A DNA stretch of 64,000 bases from the NCBI GenBank assembly GCA_038062015.1, contig JBBTXZ010000005.1, forward strand, positions 24,215-88,214. Direction: 5' to 3'. The DNA comes from Patescibacteria group bacterium (GTDB lineage Bacteria > Patescibacteriota > Minisyncoccia > 2-02-FULL-40-12). The notes under the pieces were generated by a model. It worked only from the letters and a program-made list of their open reading frames with translations. It had not been told where the DNA came from and made no database searches. Positions 1 through 9,436 of the stretch are shown here, in pieces (the first letter of the stretch is position 1; the number at the start of each line of letters is the position of its first letter). Position numbers and translations under genes: made by a program.

Positions 1-369
1 AGCAAACTTTGAAGCCGTTTTGAGCGCGGCTCCTAAATTTACCCTCCCGGGCATCCTGTCGGATATTCGTAAAGAGCTGGAAGGTGCTACTTCCCCTATG
101 GGATAAGACTTTGGACGTGGACCCAGGTTTTTTGAGGCAATTTCCCGTTTGACCCGACGCGCGTTTTTCTGATAAGCGATTAGTGATTCTCTCGTTGTCA
201 GCCAACGGCCGTTGGCTTCACGAAGAGCATCAATTCTCTGCTGGCGGCAAAGCCGGCTGATATGATCAATTTCATACCCAAACTCTCGAGCTAACTCGCT
301 TATCGGAATGTACTCGGTTTTGTTTTGGTTGTTGCCGTAAAAACCCGACAAATCATAACATCCAAGTCT
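1..369 (-). CDS. Partial CDS (5' portion; continues beyond the window start): excisionase/HTH_17-like DNA-binding protein, GC-rich
   Basis: Open minus-strand frame with no stops from ~369 to position 1. It encodes ...ISELAREFGYEIDHISRLCRQQRIDALREANGRWLTTRESLIAYQ..., which fits the excisionase-type HTH pattern (S..ELA...G.S...I.RL...G.I.A.K.G..W.I....L..Y). No in-frame ATG near the 5' end, so the start is uncertain (TTG possible). Local GC is well above the genome background. Confidence 0.4.
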
Positions 370-433
370 TTACCAAATACCCGACATCACGCTGAGCGGA
401 TATTCGTCGTGCTCAGCGCGACATTCCGACATA
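265..433. repeat. 169-bp perfect direct repeat, copy 1 (contains hairpin cgctgagcg-N13-cgctcagcg)
   Basis: Identical to 829..997 by direct reading. Contains the inverted repeat cacgctgagcggatattcgtcgtgctcagcgcg. Confidence 0.9.
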
Positions 434-828
434 TCCAATTTTTAAAGTATATGTCGTGTGTATATAAATTATCTTATATACCAAGATAGCGCGTCAATAG
501 GTTTTTGTTGATAAGTTTATTAAAATCCTTACCCGTGTCAAATCTATTAGGATTTCGCTTTGGCTGACATTTTTTGGAGGTACGAATAGCTTATCTCAAG
601 TTTTTTGATTTTTTTGACTCGATTTTTGATTTCAAAAGGCCTTAAGCCGTTTTTCATCAATTTTTTACTTTTTTGATAGTTTATTAATGACTTTCTATGA
701 TACTTTATATATGTTTTAGCTATTTATAATACTTTTATTTTAAGATTTTTCATGATTTATTCGTTTAATTTTTAAATTTAGTTTTAATAGTAAAAATAAC
801 GAAAACTGCGGCGCCGATAATATCCATT

Positions 829-997
829 CTTATACCCAAACTCTCGAGCTAACTCGCTTATCGGAATGTACTCGGTTTTGTTTTGGTTGTTGCCGTAAAA
901 ACCCGACAAATCATAACATCCAAGTCTTTACCAAATACCCGACATCACGCTGAGCGGATATTCGTCGTGCTCAGCGCGACATTCCGACATATAGAGC
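829..997. repeat. 169-bp perfect direct repeat, copy 2
   Basis: Identical to 265..433. Immediately preceded by ggcgccgataatatccatt, which duplicates vanZ-like coding sequence at 1037..1055. Separated from copy 1 by ~395 bp of AT-rich DNA. Confidence 0.9.
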
Positions 998-1389
998 TAA
1001 AAAGAGGAATTGTCGTATAAAGTCATGAAAGTAATGGCGCCGATAATATCCATTGCTAAGTCATTGATAGTGTCATTAAGATTGCCCATACAGCAGATGA
1101 TTCCATGTGTATTATAAAGATAACTACTTAAGAAGGCGGTAGCTATATATTCTGAAAATTCCCAGATAACGCCGATAAAGACCGTTGCCCCTGTAATTAT
1201 GAGTAGTTTCTTAATTTTTCGGCCTTTCATATACTCTTTTAAATAGTTATAGAAAAACATAGCCACAAAAAAACCGCCTAAAAAGTGGAGAATTATGTCG
1301 AAATACAGAATTCGATAGAACCTGAAACCGAGGCCGAAAACCATATCAATCAGGAAAATCAGGATTAAAAACAGAATTGCGGTTCTCAT
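997..1389 (-). CDS. VanZ-like family membrane protein
   Basis: ORF 997..1518(-) trimmed to the internal Met (MRTAILFLIL...), because the upstream part overlaps the ileS start. Multi-pass TM protein with VanZ-like hydrophobic pattern. Confidence 0.55.
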   Translation of the reverse strand: MRTAILFLILIFLIDMVFGLGFRFYRILYFDIILHFLGGFFVAMFFYNYLKEYMKGRKIKKLLIITGATVFIGVIWEFSEYIATAFLSSYLYNTHGIICCMGNLNDTINDLAMDIIGAITFMTLYDNSSF

Positions 1390-1414
1390 TTTATTAGTGT
1401 AATAATCAATATAT

Positions 1415-4400
1415 ATGAAGCCTGAATTCAGTTTACCGAGAACAGAAGAAGAAATCCAGAAGTTTTGGGAGGCCAACAAGGTTTTTGAAAAAACTCTCGA
1501 AAACCGCAAGCGAGGCAAAAAATTTGTTTTTTATGAAGGACCGCCCACGGCCAACGGCCTGCCTCACATCGGTCATTTTTTGACCCGGGCGTTTAAGGAT
1601 TTGTTCGTTCGCTATAAAACTATGCGCGGTTTTTTTGTCCCCCGCCGGGCCGGCTGGGATACTCATGGCCTGCCAGTTGAAATAGAAGTTGAAAAAGAGC
1701 TCGGATTGAAATCAAAAAAAGAAATTGAAAAATACGGCATTGCCAAGTTCAATAAAAAAGCAAGGGAATCGGTCTGGCGCTATAAAGGTGAATGGGAGAA
1801 ATTTTCAAAGCGAATCGGATTCTGGCTGGATTTTGACAACCCTTATATCACCTATGCCAATGATTATATTGAAACGCTTTGGCATATAGTTAAGCAGTTT
1901 GATAAGAAAAAATTCCTGTATCAAGGCCATAAAGTTCTGCCCTGGTGCCCGCGCTGCGGTACTACCCTTTCAAGCCATGAAGTCGCTTTAGGATATGAAA
2001 GTATAACCGAGGATTCGGTTTATGTGAAGTTTAAAGTTACTGGCTATGAAAGATCACCGATCTATTTACTTGCTTGGACAACTACGCCTTGGACATTGCC
2101 CGGCAATGTTGCTTTGGCCGTTGGTAAAGATATAACTTATGTTAAGGGTTTTGTGCCGAATAAAGAGGAAATAGAATTTTATATCTTTGCAAAAGACCAA
2201 CTTCCTAAAATTAATGAAATTTTAGGTGAGGATTTGAATATAGTTACAGAATTCCCGGGAGGCGAGCTGGTCGGTTGGGAATACGAGCCCTTATTTGAAG
2301 TCAAAAAACTAAAATCCAATAAATCGTATAAAATTTATCCGGCTGATTTTGTGAATACCGAAGAAGGCGCCGGCGTAGTCCATACCGCGGTGATGTATGG
2401 AGAAGATGATTATCAATTAGGGGAAAAAGTCGGCCTGCCTAAACATCATACAGTAGATAAAGAAGGAAAATTCACTGAAGACGTTCCTGAATTTGCCGGC
2501 AGATTCGTTAAAGATGCCGAAAAAGACGTCATTGCTTACTTAAAAAACAAAAATCTTTTATTTAAAGTTGAACCTTATACTCATGATTATCCTTTTTGTT
2601 GGAGATGCAAAACGCCACTACTCTATTATGCGACCGATTCTTGGTTCGTAAAAACCACAGCCGTAAAAAAACAATTAATCGCCAACAACAAAAAAATAAA
2701 CTGGATTCCGCCCTACATTAAAGAGGGTCGTTTCGGCCAGTGGCTTAAAGAAGTCAAAGACTGGGCTTTTTCGCGAGACAGATATTGGGGAACGCCTCTG
2801 CCAATTTGGCATTGCCAAATTGGCAGAAGTAAAAAGTTAAAAGTTAAAAGTAAAAACTCAGATAATAATGGCTGCGGGAATTATTTAGTTATCGGATCAT
2901 TGGAAGAATTAGAGAAGCACCGCTATCAAAAACCAAACAGATACCATATCATCCGCCATGCCGAAAGCACAAAAAATATTGAGGGCCGGGAAATAAACAG
3001 CGTCAAACTGGAAAGTGATAAATATGATCTGACCGAAAAAGGGATCAACCAGGCCAGAAAATTAGCCAAAGATTTGAAAAACGAAAAAATAGACTTGATT
3101 TTCAGTTCCCCATTTTTAAGAGCTGAAAGAACCGCTGGAATAATAGCTGAAGAGTTGGGGCTTAAAGAAAAAGTTGACCACCGGCTTAAAGAAATAGACC
3201 ACGGAAGCGTCTGTGAAGGCAAGGATTATTTTGCCTGCATACCGAAAGGCCAATACCCTAACAAAGATTTTAACACTAAGTTCGGGCCGGATGGAGAGAG
3301 TCGGAATGACGTCAGAAAAAGAGTTTTTGATTTTATCAAAGAAACCGAAAGCAAATACGAAGATAAAAATATTTTAATCGTTAGCCACGGCGATCCTTTG
3401 TGGTTGATGGAGGGAATTTCAAAAAATCTTGGCGAAGAAGAATTATTTTCGGCGAAAAAGAACCAGATTTTGGGCATAAAAGATAATGCATTTAAGCTCA
3501 TTAAATTTGGAGAAAAAAGAGTTTTGGTTTTCGGCAATTATCCGAGGGATGAATTTGGGAATCCGGATCTTCACCGGCCGTATATAGATGAAGTTTTACT
3601 TAAATGCCCAAATTGTGGCGGCGGGACGCTAAGCGTCCCTGATAGCCACGCTCAGCGTGGCGAAATGAAACGGGTTCCGGAGGTAATTGATGTCTGGTTT
3701 GATTCGGGAGCAATGCCGTTTGCAAGTCGGCCTGACTTCCCGGCTGATTTTATAACCGAAGGCGTAGATCAGACCCGGGGCTGGTTCTACACTCTTTTGG
3801 CTGTTTCAACTCTTTTAGGCAAGAGTAATCCTTACAAAAATGTTATTTCTTTGGGTCATGTTTTGGATAAAGACGGGAAAAAGATGTCCAAGTCGCTTGG
3901 CAACGTGATTAAGCCTGATTATGTTATTGATAAATTCGGAGCTGATATTTCAAGATGGTGGTTTTATGGGGTTAATCAGGCCGGCGAATCAAAAAGTTTT
4001 CGAGAGGAAGAATTGAAAGAAATAACTAACGGCTTTGTCAGGGTGATTATAAATTCTTTGAGGTTTTGGCAATTATATAAAGGAAGTTCTAAAGCTAAAA
4101 TAAATTTCCACGATCTTAAAAATAAAAACTCTTTGAACTTATTAGACAGATGGTTATTATCAAAATGGAACAGTTTAGTTGATTTGGTTACAAAATCTTT
4201 GGATAAATACGACGCTACAACAGCAAGCAGAGAAATTGAAAAATTCGTGATTGAAGATTTATCCAATTGGTGGATTAGAAGAAGCCGGGATAAATTCCAA
4301 GTGCAACAAGGCGCTTCTCAGGAAGATTTACTAAGATTTGTCCTTTTGGAATTGTCGAAGTTAATTGCTCCGTTTGCGCCGTTTTTGGCGGAGTATCTGT

Positions 4401-5026
4401 ATAAGGAACTGCATCATGGTGTTAAGTTAGACGTGGCGAGTATTCATTTTCACAATTGGCCCAAAGCCGACAAAAAGCTGATTGATGAAAAGTTGGAAAA
4501 AGAAATGGAATTAGTGAGAGAGATTGTAAGTCTGGGCTTGGCGGCAAGGAAAGACGCGGGAATTAAGGTGAGGCAACCGCTGGCTTCGCTTGAAGTTTCA
4601 AAGTTTCAAAGTTTCAAAGTTTCAGAAGAGTTATTGAATCTAATAAAAGAGGAAGTGAATGTGAAAGACATAGAATTTAAAAGTTTAAAGTTTAAAGAAA
4701 CTGACAAAGAAGAACTATCGGTTGTTTTGGACACTGAAATTTCGCCGGCTTTAAGAGCCGGGGGTTGGGTTAGAGAATTTATAAGAATAATCCAGGATGC
4801 CCGAAAGGATGTCGGTTATGAATATGATCAAAAAGTCAGGGCTTACTGGTTTACTGAAGACAAATCTTTGGCCGAAGCCATAAAAAGAGAAGAAAAATTC
4901 ATAGTTCAAAAAACGGTTTTGAAAGAACTTCGCCAGTCTAACCACGACCCGAAGTTTGCCTATGATGTTGAAAAAGTCTGGGAGTTGGAACCGGGCCGAA
5001 AAATTTGGCTGGGATTGAAAAAGTGA
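1415..5026 (+). CDS. ileS: Isoleucyl-tRNA synthetase (type 2, eukaryote-like) carrying an internal ~200-aa histidine-phosphatase-like domain insertion
   Basis: HIGH motif (PHIGH), KMSKS, WFDSG and the CPNCGG zinc knuckle. 1203 aa, longer than usual because of the inserted domain (see findings). Confidence 0.95.
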   Translation: MKPEFSLPRTEEEIQKFWEANKVFEKTLENRKRGKKFVFYEGPPTANGLPHIGHFLTRAFKDLFVRYKTMRGFFVPRRAGWDTHGLPVEIEVEKELGLKSKKEIEKYGIAKFNKKARESVWRYKGEWEKFSKRIGFWLDFDNPYITYANDYIETLWHIVKQFDKKKFLYQGHKVLPWCPRCGTTLSSHEVALGYESITEDSVYVKFKVTGYERSPIYLLAWTTTPWTLPGNVALAVGKDITYVKGFVPNKEEIEFYIFAKDQLPKINEILGEDLNIVTEFPGGELVGWEYEPLFEVKKLKSNKSYKIYPADFVNTEEGAGVVHTAVMYGEDDYQLGEKVGLPKHHTVDKEGKFTEDVPEFAGRFVKDAEKDVIAYLKNKNLLFKVEPYTHDYPFCWRCKTPLLYYATDSWFVKTTAVKKQLIANNKKINWIPPYIKEGRFGQWLKEVKDWAFSRDRYWGTPLPIWHCQIGRSKKLKVKSKNSDNNGCGNYLVIGSLEELEKHRYQKPNRYHIIRHAESTKNIEGREINSVKLESDKYDLTEKGINQARKLAKDLKNEKIDLIFSSPFLRAERTAGIIAEELGLKEKVDHRLKEIDHGSVCEGKDYFACIPKGQYPNKDFNTKFGPDGESRNDVRKRVFDFIKETESKYEDKNILIVSHGDPLWLMEGISKNLGEEELFSAKKNQILGIKDNAFKLIKFGEKRVLVFGNYPRDEFGNPDLHRPYIDEVLLKCPNCGGGTLSVPDSHAQRGEMKRVPEVIDVWFDSGAMPFASRPDFPADFITEGVDQTRGWFYTLLAVSTLLGKSNPYKNVISLGHVLDKDGKKMSKSLGNVIKPDYVIDKFGADISRWWFYGVNQAGESKSFREEELKEITNGFVRVIINSLRFWQLYKGSSKAKINFHDLKNKNSLNLLDRWLLSKWNSLVDLVTKSLDKYDATTASREIEKFVIEDLSNWWIRRSRDKFQVQQGASQEDLLRFVLLELSKLIAPFAPFLAEYLYKELHHGVKLDVASIHFHNWPKADKKLIDEKLEKEMELVREIVSLGLAARKDAGIKVRQPLASLEVSKFQSFKVSEELLNLIKEEVNVKDIEFKSLKFKETDKEELSVVLDTEISPALRAGGWVREFIRIIQDARKDVGYEYDQKVRAYWFTEDKSLAEAIKREEKFIVQKTVLKELRQSNHDPKFAYDVEKVWELEPGRKIWLGLKK

Positions 5027-5040
5027 TAGGATAGAGTTAA

Positions 5041-6738
5041 ATGATCCGTCGAATAATAATCGGTTTATTCATTCTTTTGATTTTCGGCACGGCTATTTTT
5101 TTGTTGTACCGGAGCGGATTCCGCGAAGGCAATGTCATTTTTAAAATAGAAGCTCCGGACCAAGTCTCATCCGGAGAAGAAATTGAATACCGGCTCATCA
5201 TTGAAAACAGAAACAATTTTGATTTGAATAACACCAAGCTTTCGTTGTCTTATCCCGGCGGAACGATTTGGTTCAATAAAGAAGGCCAGCCGTCCAATTC
5301 GGCGATCAATAATATTGATTCAGCCGGGTTTCAAAGACGCGAGAGAAAAGAATTTATTTTAAGGGCAATTTTGACCGGCGAAAAAGGCGAGATTAAAAAA
5401 ATAAAGGCCGAATTCACTTATAGCCCGAGCGGCATCAAGCCGGTTTTTCAAAAAAGCGCCGAAGCCGGAACAACCATTTCGAAAGTTTCCATCCCTCTAA
5501 CTTTGAGCGGGCCGCCCAATGTCCTGCCCGGCCAACTGGTTCAGATCTCCCTTGATTTAAGAAATGAAACCGAAGATGACTTTAAGGATTTAGAAGTAGT
5601 TTTTTCCTATCCCGACGGCTTCATTTTCAAAAAAGCTTCGTTTTTGCCGAACCAGAGCAATAACGTATTTAATTTGTCTTTGCTTAAATCAGGGGAAGGC
5701 GTGAGGATTACTATTGAAGGCAATGTTTCCGGTTTTGAAAAAGAAAGCAAAAGATTTATCGCCGCATTAAAAAGAAAAATAGACGGGAAATTCTTTGATT
5801 TTCAAAAAACCCAGGTTCTGCTTACTGTTTCGTCGCCTCTTTTAGCCCTTGATGTTTTAGTGAATGATTCAAAAGATTATATCGCTAAAGCCGGAGACAA
5901 TTTAAAATATAAGATTATATTTTCAAATAATTCCGACAATAACTTTTCAGCTTTGGAATTGTCCGTTAAGCTTGAAGGCCAGATGTTTGACTTGGTTAGT
6001 TTGAAGACCAGCGGCTTTTTTGATCAAAACTCCAGGACAATTTTATGGAACGCGGCCGCCGAGCCGGCACTGGCGAATTTAAGCCCCAATCAAAGGGGAG
6101 AAGTTTCTTTTGATATTAATCTCAAGCCGGATTTTCCAAAGGCTTTCGGCAAAAATTATTCTTTGAAGGCGGGTTCTTCAATCCAGACTTCGTCGGTGCC
6201 TCCGGATTTTAATTTGGATAAGATTACGGCTTTAGCCGAATTGATTACCAAAGTTAAATCAAAGACTGATTTCATCTCCAAAGCTTTTTATAATGATTTA
6301 GTGTTTTCAAACACGGGTCCGGTGCCGCCGCAAGTTGGCCAAAAGACCACTTATACGATACATTGGAAGATAGTCAACGAGGGTAATGACCTGACCAATG
6401 TCAGAATCGTTTCGTCGCTTTTACCAGGCATCAGTTGGGAGAATAAATTTAAAATTATGCCGATCCAGTCAGATTTGAATTATAGTCTTTCAACCGGACA
6501 GATTTCCTGGAGTGTTCCGACTGTGCCAGCCGGAACCGGAATTGTTTCCCCGGTTTTTGAAGCGGTTTTTCAGGTTGGTGTAACGCCAAGCGTGAATCAA
6601 TCCGGCCAGAATTTGGGGATTTTAAAAGAGGTGGTTTTTGAAGCGGTTGATAACTTCACCAAAGAGAAAATTAATTTAAGTCAGCCCGGGATTAATACCC
6701 AGTTCGGGGTGGATTCTCCGGGGACGGTGCAGCCATAA
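5041..6738 (+). CDS. Hypothetical membrane-anchored, beta-rich extracytoplasmic protein
   Basis: N-terminal TM helix (IIIGLFILLIFGTAIFLLY), then a long S/T/N-rich region with repetitive beta-strand-like segments. No recognisable catalytic motif. Confidence 0.5.
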   Translation: MIRRIIIGLFILLIFGTAIFLLYRSGFREGNVIFKIEAPDQVSSGEEIEYRLIIENRNNFDLNNTKLSLSYPGGTIWFNKEGQPSNSAINNIDSAGFQRRERKEFILRAILTGEKGEIKKIKAEFTYSPSGIKPVFQKSAEAGTTISKVSIPLTLSGPPNVLPGQLVQISLDLRNETEDDFKDLEVVFSYPDGFIFKKASFLPNQSNNVFNLSLLKSGEGVRITIEGNVSGFEKESKRFIAALKRKIDGKFFDFQKTQVLLTVSSPLLALDVLVNDSKDYIAKAGDNLKYKIIFSNNSDNNFSALELSVKLEGQMFDLVSLKTSGFFDQNSRTILWNAAAEPALANLSPNQRGEVSFDINLKPDFPKAFGKNYSLKAGSSIQTSSVPPDFNLDKITALAELITKVKSKTDFISKAFYNDLVFSNTGPVPPQVGQKTTYTIHWKIVNEGNDLTNVRIVSSLLPGISWENKFKIMPIQSDLNYSLSTGQISWSVPTVPAGTGIVSPVFEAVFQVGVTPSVNQSGQNLGILKEVVFEAVDNFTKEKINLSQPGINTQFGVDSPGTVQP

Positions 6739-6787
6739 GGTAGAATTTAGGACTTAGAAATTAGAACTTAGAACCAGAAATTAAGAA

Positions 6788-8098
6788 ATGGAAGATAAGT
6801 TAAGCAAAATTGTTTCACTGGCCAAGCGCCGGGGTTTTATTTTCCCCGGTTCGGAGATTTACGGAGGGTTAGCCAACAGCTGGGACTATGGGCATGTTGG
6901 CAATGAACTGTTCAACAATCTAGCCAGTCTTTGGTGGAGTAAATTCGTTACCGAAAGAGACGACATGGTTGGAGTCAGAGGGACGGTCATAATGAATCCC
7001 AAAGTCTGGGAAGCTTCGGGCCATTTGCAGAGTTTCACTGACCCTCTCATCGAATGCAAAATTTGCCACAAAAGAATAAGGGCCGATAAAGAGGAAGAAA
7101 AACTGACCCACGAAGAATCGCACAACAACAAGAAAGAGAATCCGATATGGACCGAACCGAAAAATTTCAACCTTCTTTTCAAGACGTTTATCGGTTCGGT
7201 TGAAGACCAAAAGTCGGCCGTTTATTTAAGAGGAGAACTGGCCCAGACGATGTTTACGGATTTTAAGACGGTTTTAGACACCAATCGGCTCAAGCTGCCC
7301 TTTGGCATTGCCCAGATTGGCAAAGCTTTCAGAAATGAAATTACCACCGGTAATTTCATCTTCAGAACTAAAGAGTTTACGATAGCCGAGCTCGAATACT
7401 TTGTGAAGCCCGGCGAGGAAAATAAATATTTCAGGGAATGGCAGAATTTTATGGAAGAATTTCTGACCAACGAAATAGGCATCAAAAAAGAAAATCTAAA
7501 TTTATACGAACATCCCAAAGAGTCGCTGGCCCATTATTCAAAAGGGACGATTGATTTCCAGTATAAATTTCCGTGGGGCTGGGATGAACTGTGGGGGCTT
7601 GCTTCGAGAACTGATTACGATTTGAAAAATCACGAGAATTTTTCGGGAGAAAATCTTAAATATAAAGATCCGGAAACAGGAGATGAATTCTGGCCCTATG
7701 TGGTCGAACCTACCAGCGGATTAGACAGACTAATGCTGGCAGTATTGCTGGAATCATATAGTGAAGATGAAGACAGGGTGGTATTGAAATTTAAGCCCAA
7801 ACTGGCGCCGTATAAAGTTGGCATATTTCCATTACTAGCTAATAAGCCGGATTTGGTTAAGAAAGCGCGGGCGATTTACGAAGGTCTGAAAAAAGATTTT
7901 GAGGTTGTTTGGGACGACCGAGGCAATATCGGAAAAAGGTATTACTCGCAGGACGAAATCGGAACGGCTTGGTGCGTGACAATTGACCATCAGACCTTGG
8001 AAGACGATACGGTCACGGTCCGCGACCGTGACACGATGAAACAAGGAAGAATTAAGATTGAAGAGTTAAATAATTATTTTGAAGAACGGCTAAAATAG
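6788..8098 (+). CDS. glyQS: Glycyl-tRNA synthetase (dimeric class II type)
   Basis: N-terminus RGFIFPGSEIYGG...WDYG and overall alpha2-type GlyRS sequence pattern. Confidence 0.9.
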   Translation: MEDKLSKIVSLAKRRGFIFPGSEIYGGLANSWDYGHVGNELFNNLASLWWSKFVTERDDMVGVRGTVIMNPKVWEASGHLQSFTDPLIECKICHKRIRADKEEEKLTHEESHNNKKENPIWTEPKNFNLLFKTFIGSVEDQKSAVYLRGELAQTMFTDFKTVLDTNRLKLPFGIAQIGKAFRNEITTGNFIFRTKEFTIAELEYFVKPGEENKYFREWQNFMEEFLTNEIGIKKENLNLYEHPKESLAHYSKGTIDFQYKFPWGWDELWGLASRTDYDLKNHENFSGENLKYKDPETGDEFWPYVVEPTSGLDRLMLAVLLESYSEDEDRVVLKFKPKLAPYKVGIFPLLANKPDLVKKARAIYEGLKKDFEVVWDDRGNIGKRYYSQDEIGTAWCVTIDHQTLEDDTVTVRDRDTMKQGRIKIEELNNYFEERLK

Positions 8099-8102
8099 CC
8101 AA

Positions 8103-8134
8103 CCTACAAAAAATGATATATCATTTTTTGTAGG
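8103..8134. terminator. Perfect palindromic hairpin (cctacaaaaaatgatatatcattttttgtagg), intrinsic terminator
   Basis: Inverted repeat seen directly after the glyQS stop. Confidence 0.7.
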
Positions 8135-8158
8135 TTGAAGTTTGAAAACCCGAGATTT

Positions 8159-9436
8159 ATGAATCATGATTTCTTATTGCATCAATACGAAAACGGCCTG
8201 CGTCTTGTAGTCGTGCCGATGAAAAGCACCAAAACCGTGACGGTTTTGGTGCTGGTCGGCACCGGTTCCCGTTACGAAACCAAAGAGATCAACGGTATCT
8301 CCCATTTTTTGGAGCATATGATGTTCAAAGGAACGAATAAGAGGCCCAATACTTTGGATATTGCCAAAGAACTAGACTCAATCGGGGCCGAGTATAATGC
8401 TTTTACCCATAAAGAATATACTGGTTATTACGTCAAGGCAAGCAGTGAAAATTTAGACTTGATTACTGATGTCATATCCGACATATTTCTAAATTCAAAA
8501 CTTGACGAGAAGGAAATTGAAAAAGAAAAAGGAGTCATTATAGAAGAAATAAATTTATATCTGGACAATCCGCCCCGCTATGTAGGCGATTTATTCGAGA
8601 ACTTGCTTTACGGCGATCAGCCCTTGGGTTGGAATATTGCCGGAGAAAAAGACGTCGTCAGAAAATTGAACCGCAATAATTTCGTTGATTATTTCAATTC
8701 CCATTACGTAGCAAAGGACACTATTATTGCTGTCGCCGGTAACATAGATAAAGAAAAAGTGAGAGACGAACTGGTGCCGAAATTTTTCGGGGAAGCAAGA
8801 ATCGGGGGAAAATTGGACCGGCTGCCGGCGTCTGAATCCCAAACCAAGCCAAAAGTCCTTGTCCATTATAAAAAAACCGACCAGACTCACTTTATTTTGG
8901 GGGTTCGGGCTTACGATATGTTTTCTTCGAAGCTTCAAGCCGCTCAGATTTTATCGGTAATACTGGGCGGCGGCATGAGCTCGCGGCTTTTTATTCAAGT
9001 TCGAGAAAGGCAGGGTTTGGCTTACTATGTAAGTTCAAGTCTGGATCTTTATACTGATAAGGGATATCTGGCGACCCAGACAGGAGTGAATAATGATTTA
9101 GTGGAAAAAGCGATCGTTACGGTTTTGGAAGAATACAAAAAAATAAAAGAGAATATCGTGCCGGAAGAAGAGGTAAAAAAAGCAAAAGAATTTATAAAAG
9201 GAAAACTGGTTATCGGGCTTGAACAATCTGATGATCTGGCCGCTTACTATGCTAACCAGTGGCTTTTAAAGAACGAAACATTGACCCCGGAGGAAAAATT
9301 AAGTAAAATTATGGCAGTTACGGCCGATGAAGTTCAAGAAGCGGCCAATGAAATTTTCAGGCCGGAGAAGCTTAATCTAGCCTTAATTGGTCCGTTTGAA
9401 GACAAAGAGAAGTTTGAAAAACTATTAGAAATATGA
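8159..9436 (+). CDS. M16 family (pitrilysin/insulinase-like) zinc peptidase
   Basis: Inverted zinc motif HFLEHMMFKG (HxxEH). Start moved to the ATG at 8159, because the track start is a TTG inside the terminator hairpin. Confidence 0.85.
   Translation: MNHDFLLHQYENGLRLVVVPMKSTKTVTVLVLVGTGSRYETKEINGISHFLEHMMFKGTNKRPNTLDIAKELDSIGAEYNAFTHKEYTGYYVKASSENLDLITDVISDIFLNSKLDEKEIEKEKGVIIEEINLYLDNPPRYVGDLFENLLYGDQPLGWNIAGEKDVVRKLNRNNFVDYFNSHYVAKDTIIAVAGNIDKEKVRDELVPKFFGEARIGGKLDRLPASESQTKPKVLVHYKKTDQTHFILGVRAYDMFSSKLQAAQILSVILGGGMSSRLFIQVRERQGLAYYVSSSLDLYTDKGYLATQTGVNNDLVEKAIVTVLEEYKKIKENIVPEEEVKKAKEFIKGKLVIGLEQSDDLAAYYANQWLLKNETLTPEEKLSKIMAVTADEVQEAANEIFRPEKLNLALIGPFEDKEKFEKLLEI

Noticed and set aside
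1-105. + strand partial ORF end (…ANFEAVLSAAPKFTLPGILSDIRKELEGATSPMG*)
   Set aside because: Only 35 codons in a GC-rich region where random open frames are common. The opposite-strand frame is longer and contains a textbook excisionase-type HTH.
434-828. Replication origin in the AT-rich spacer between the 169-bp repeats
   Set aside because: No convincing cluster of DnaA boxes (TTATCCACA-like) was seen, and no dnaA/dnaN is adjacent. Kept only as a low-probability alternative.
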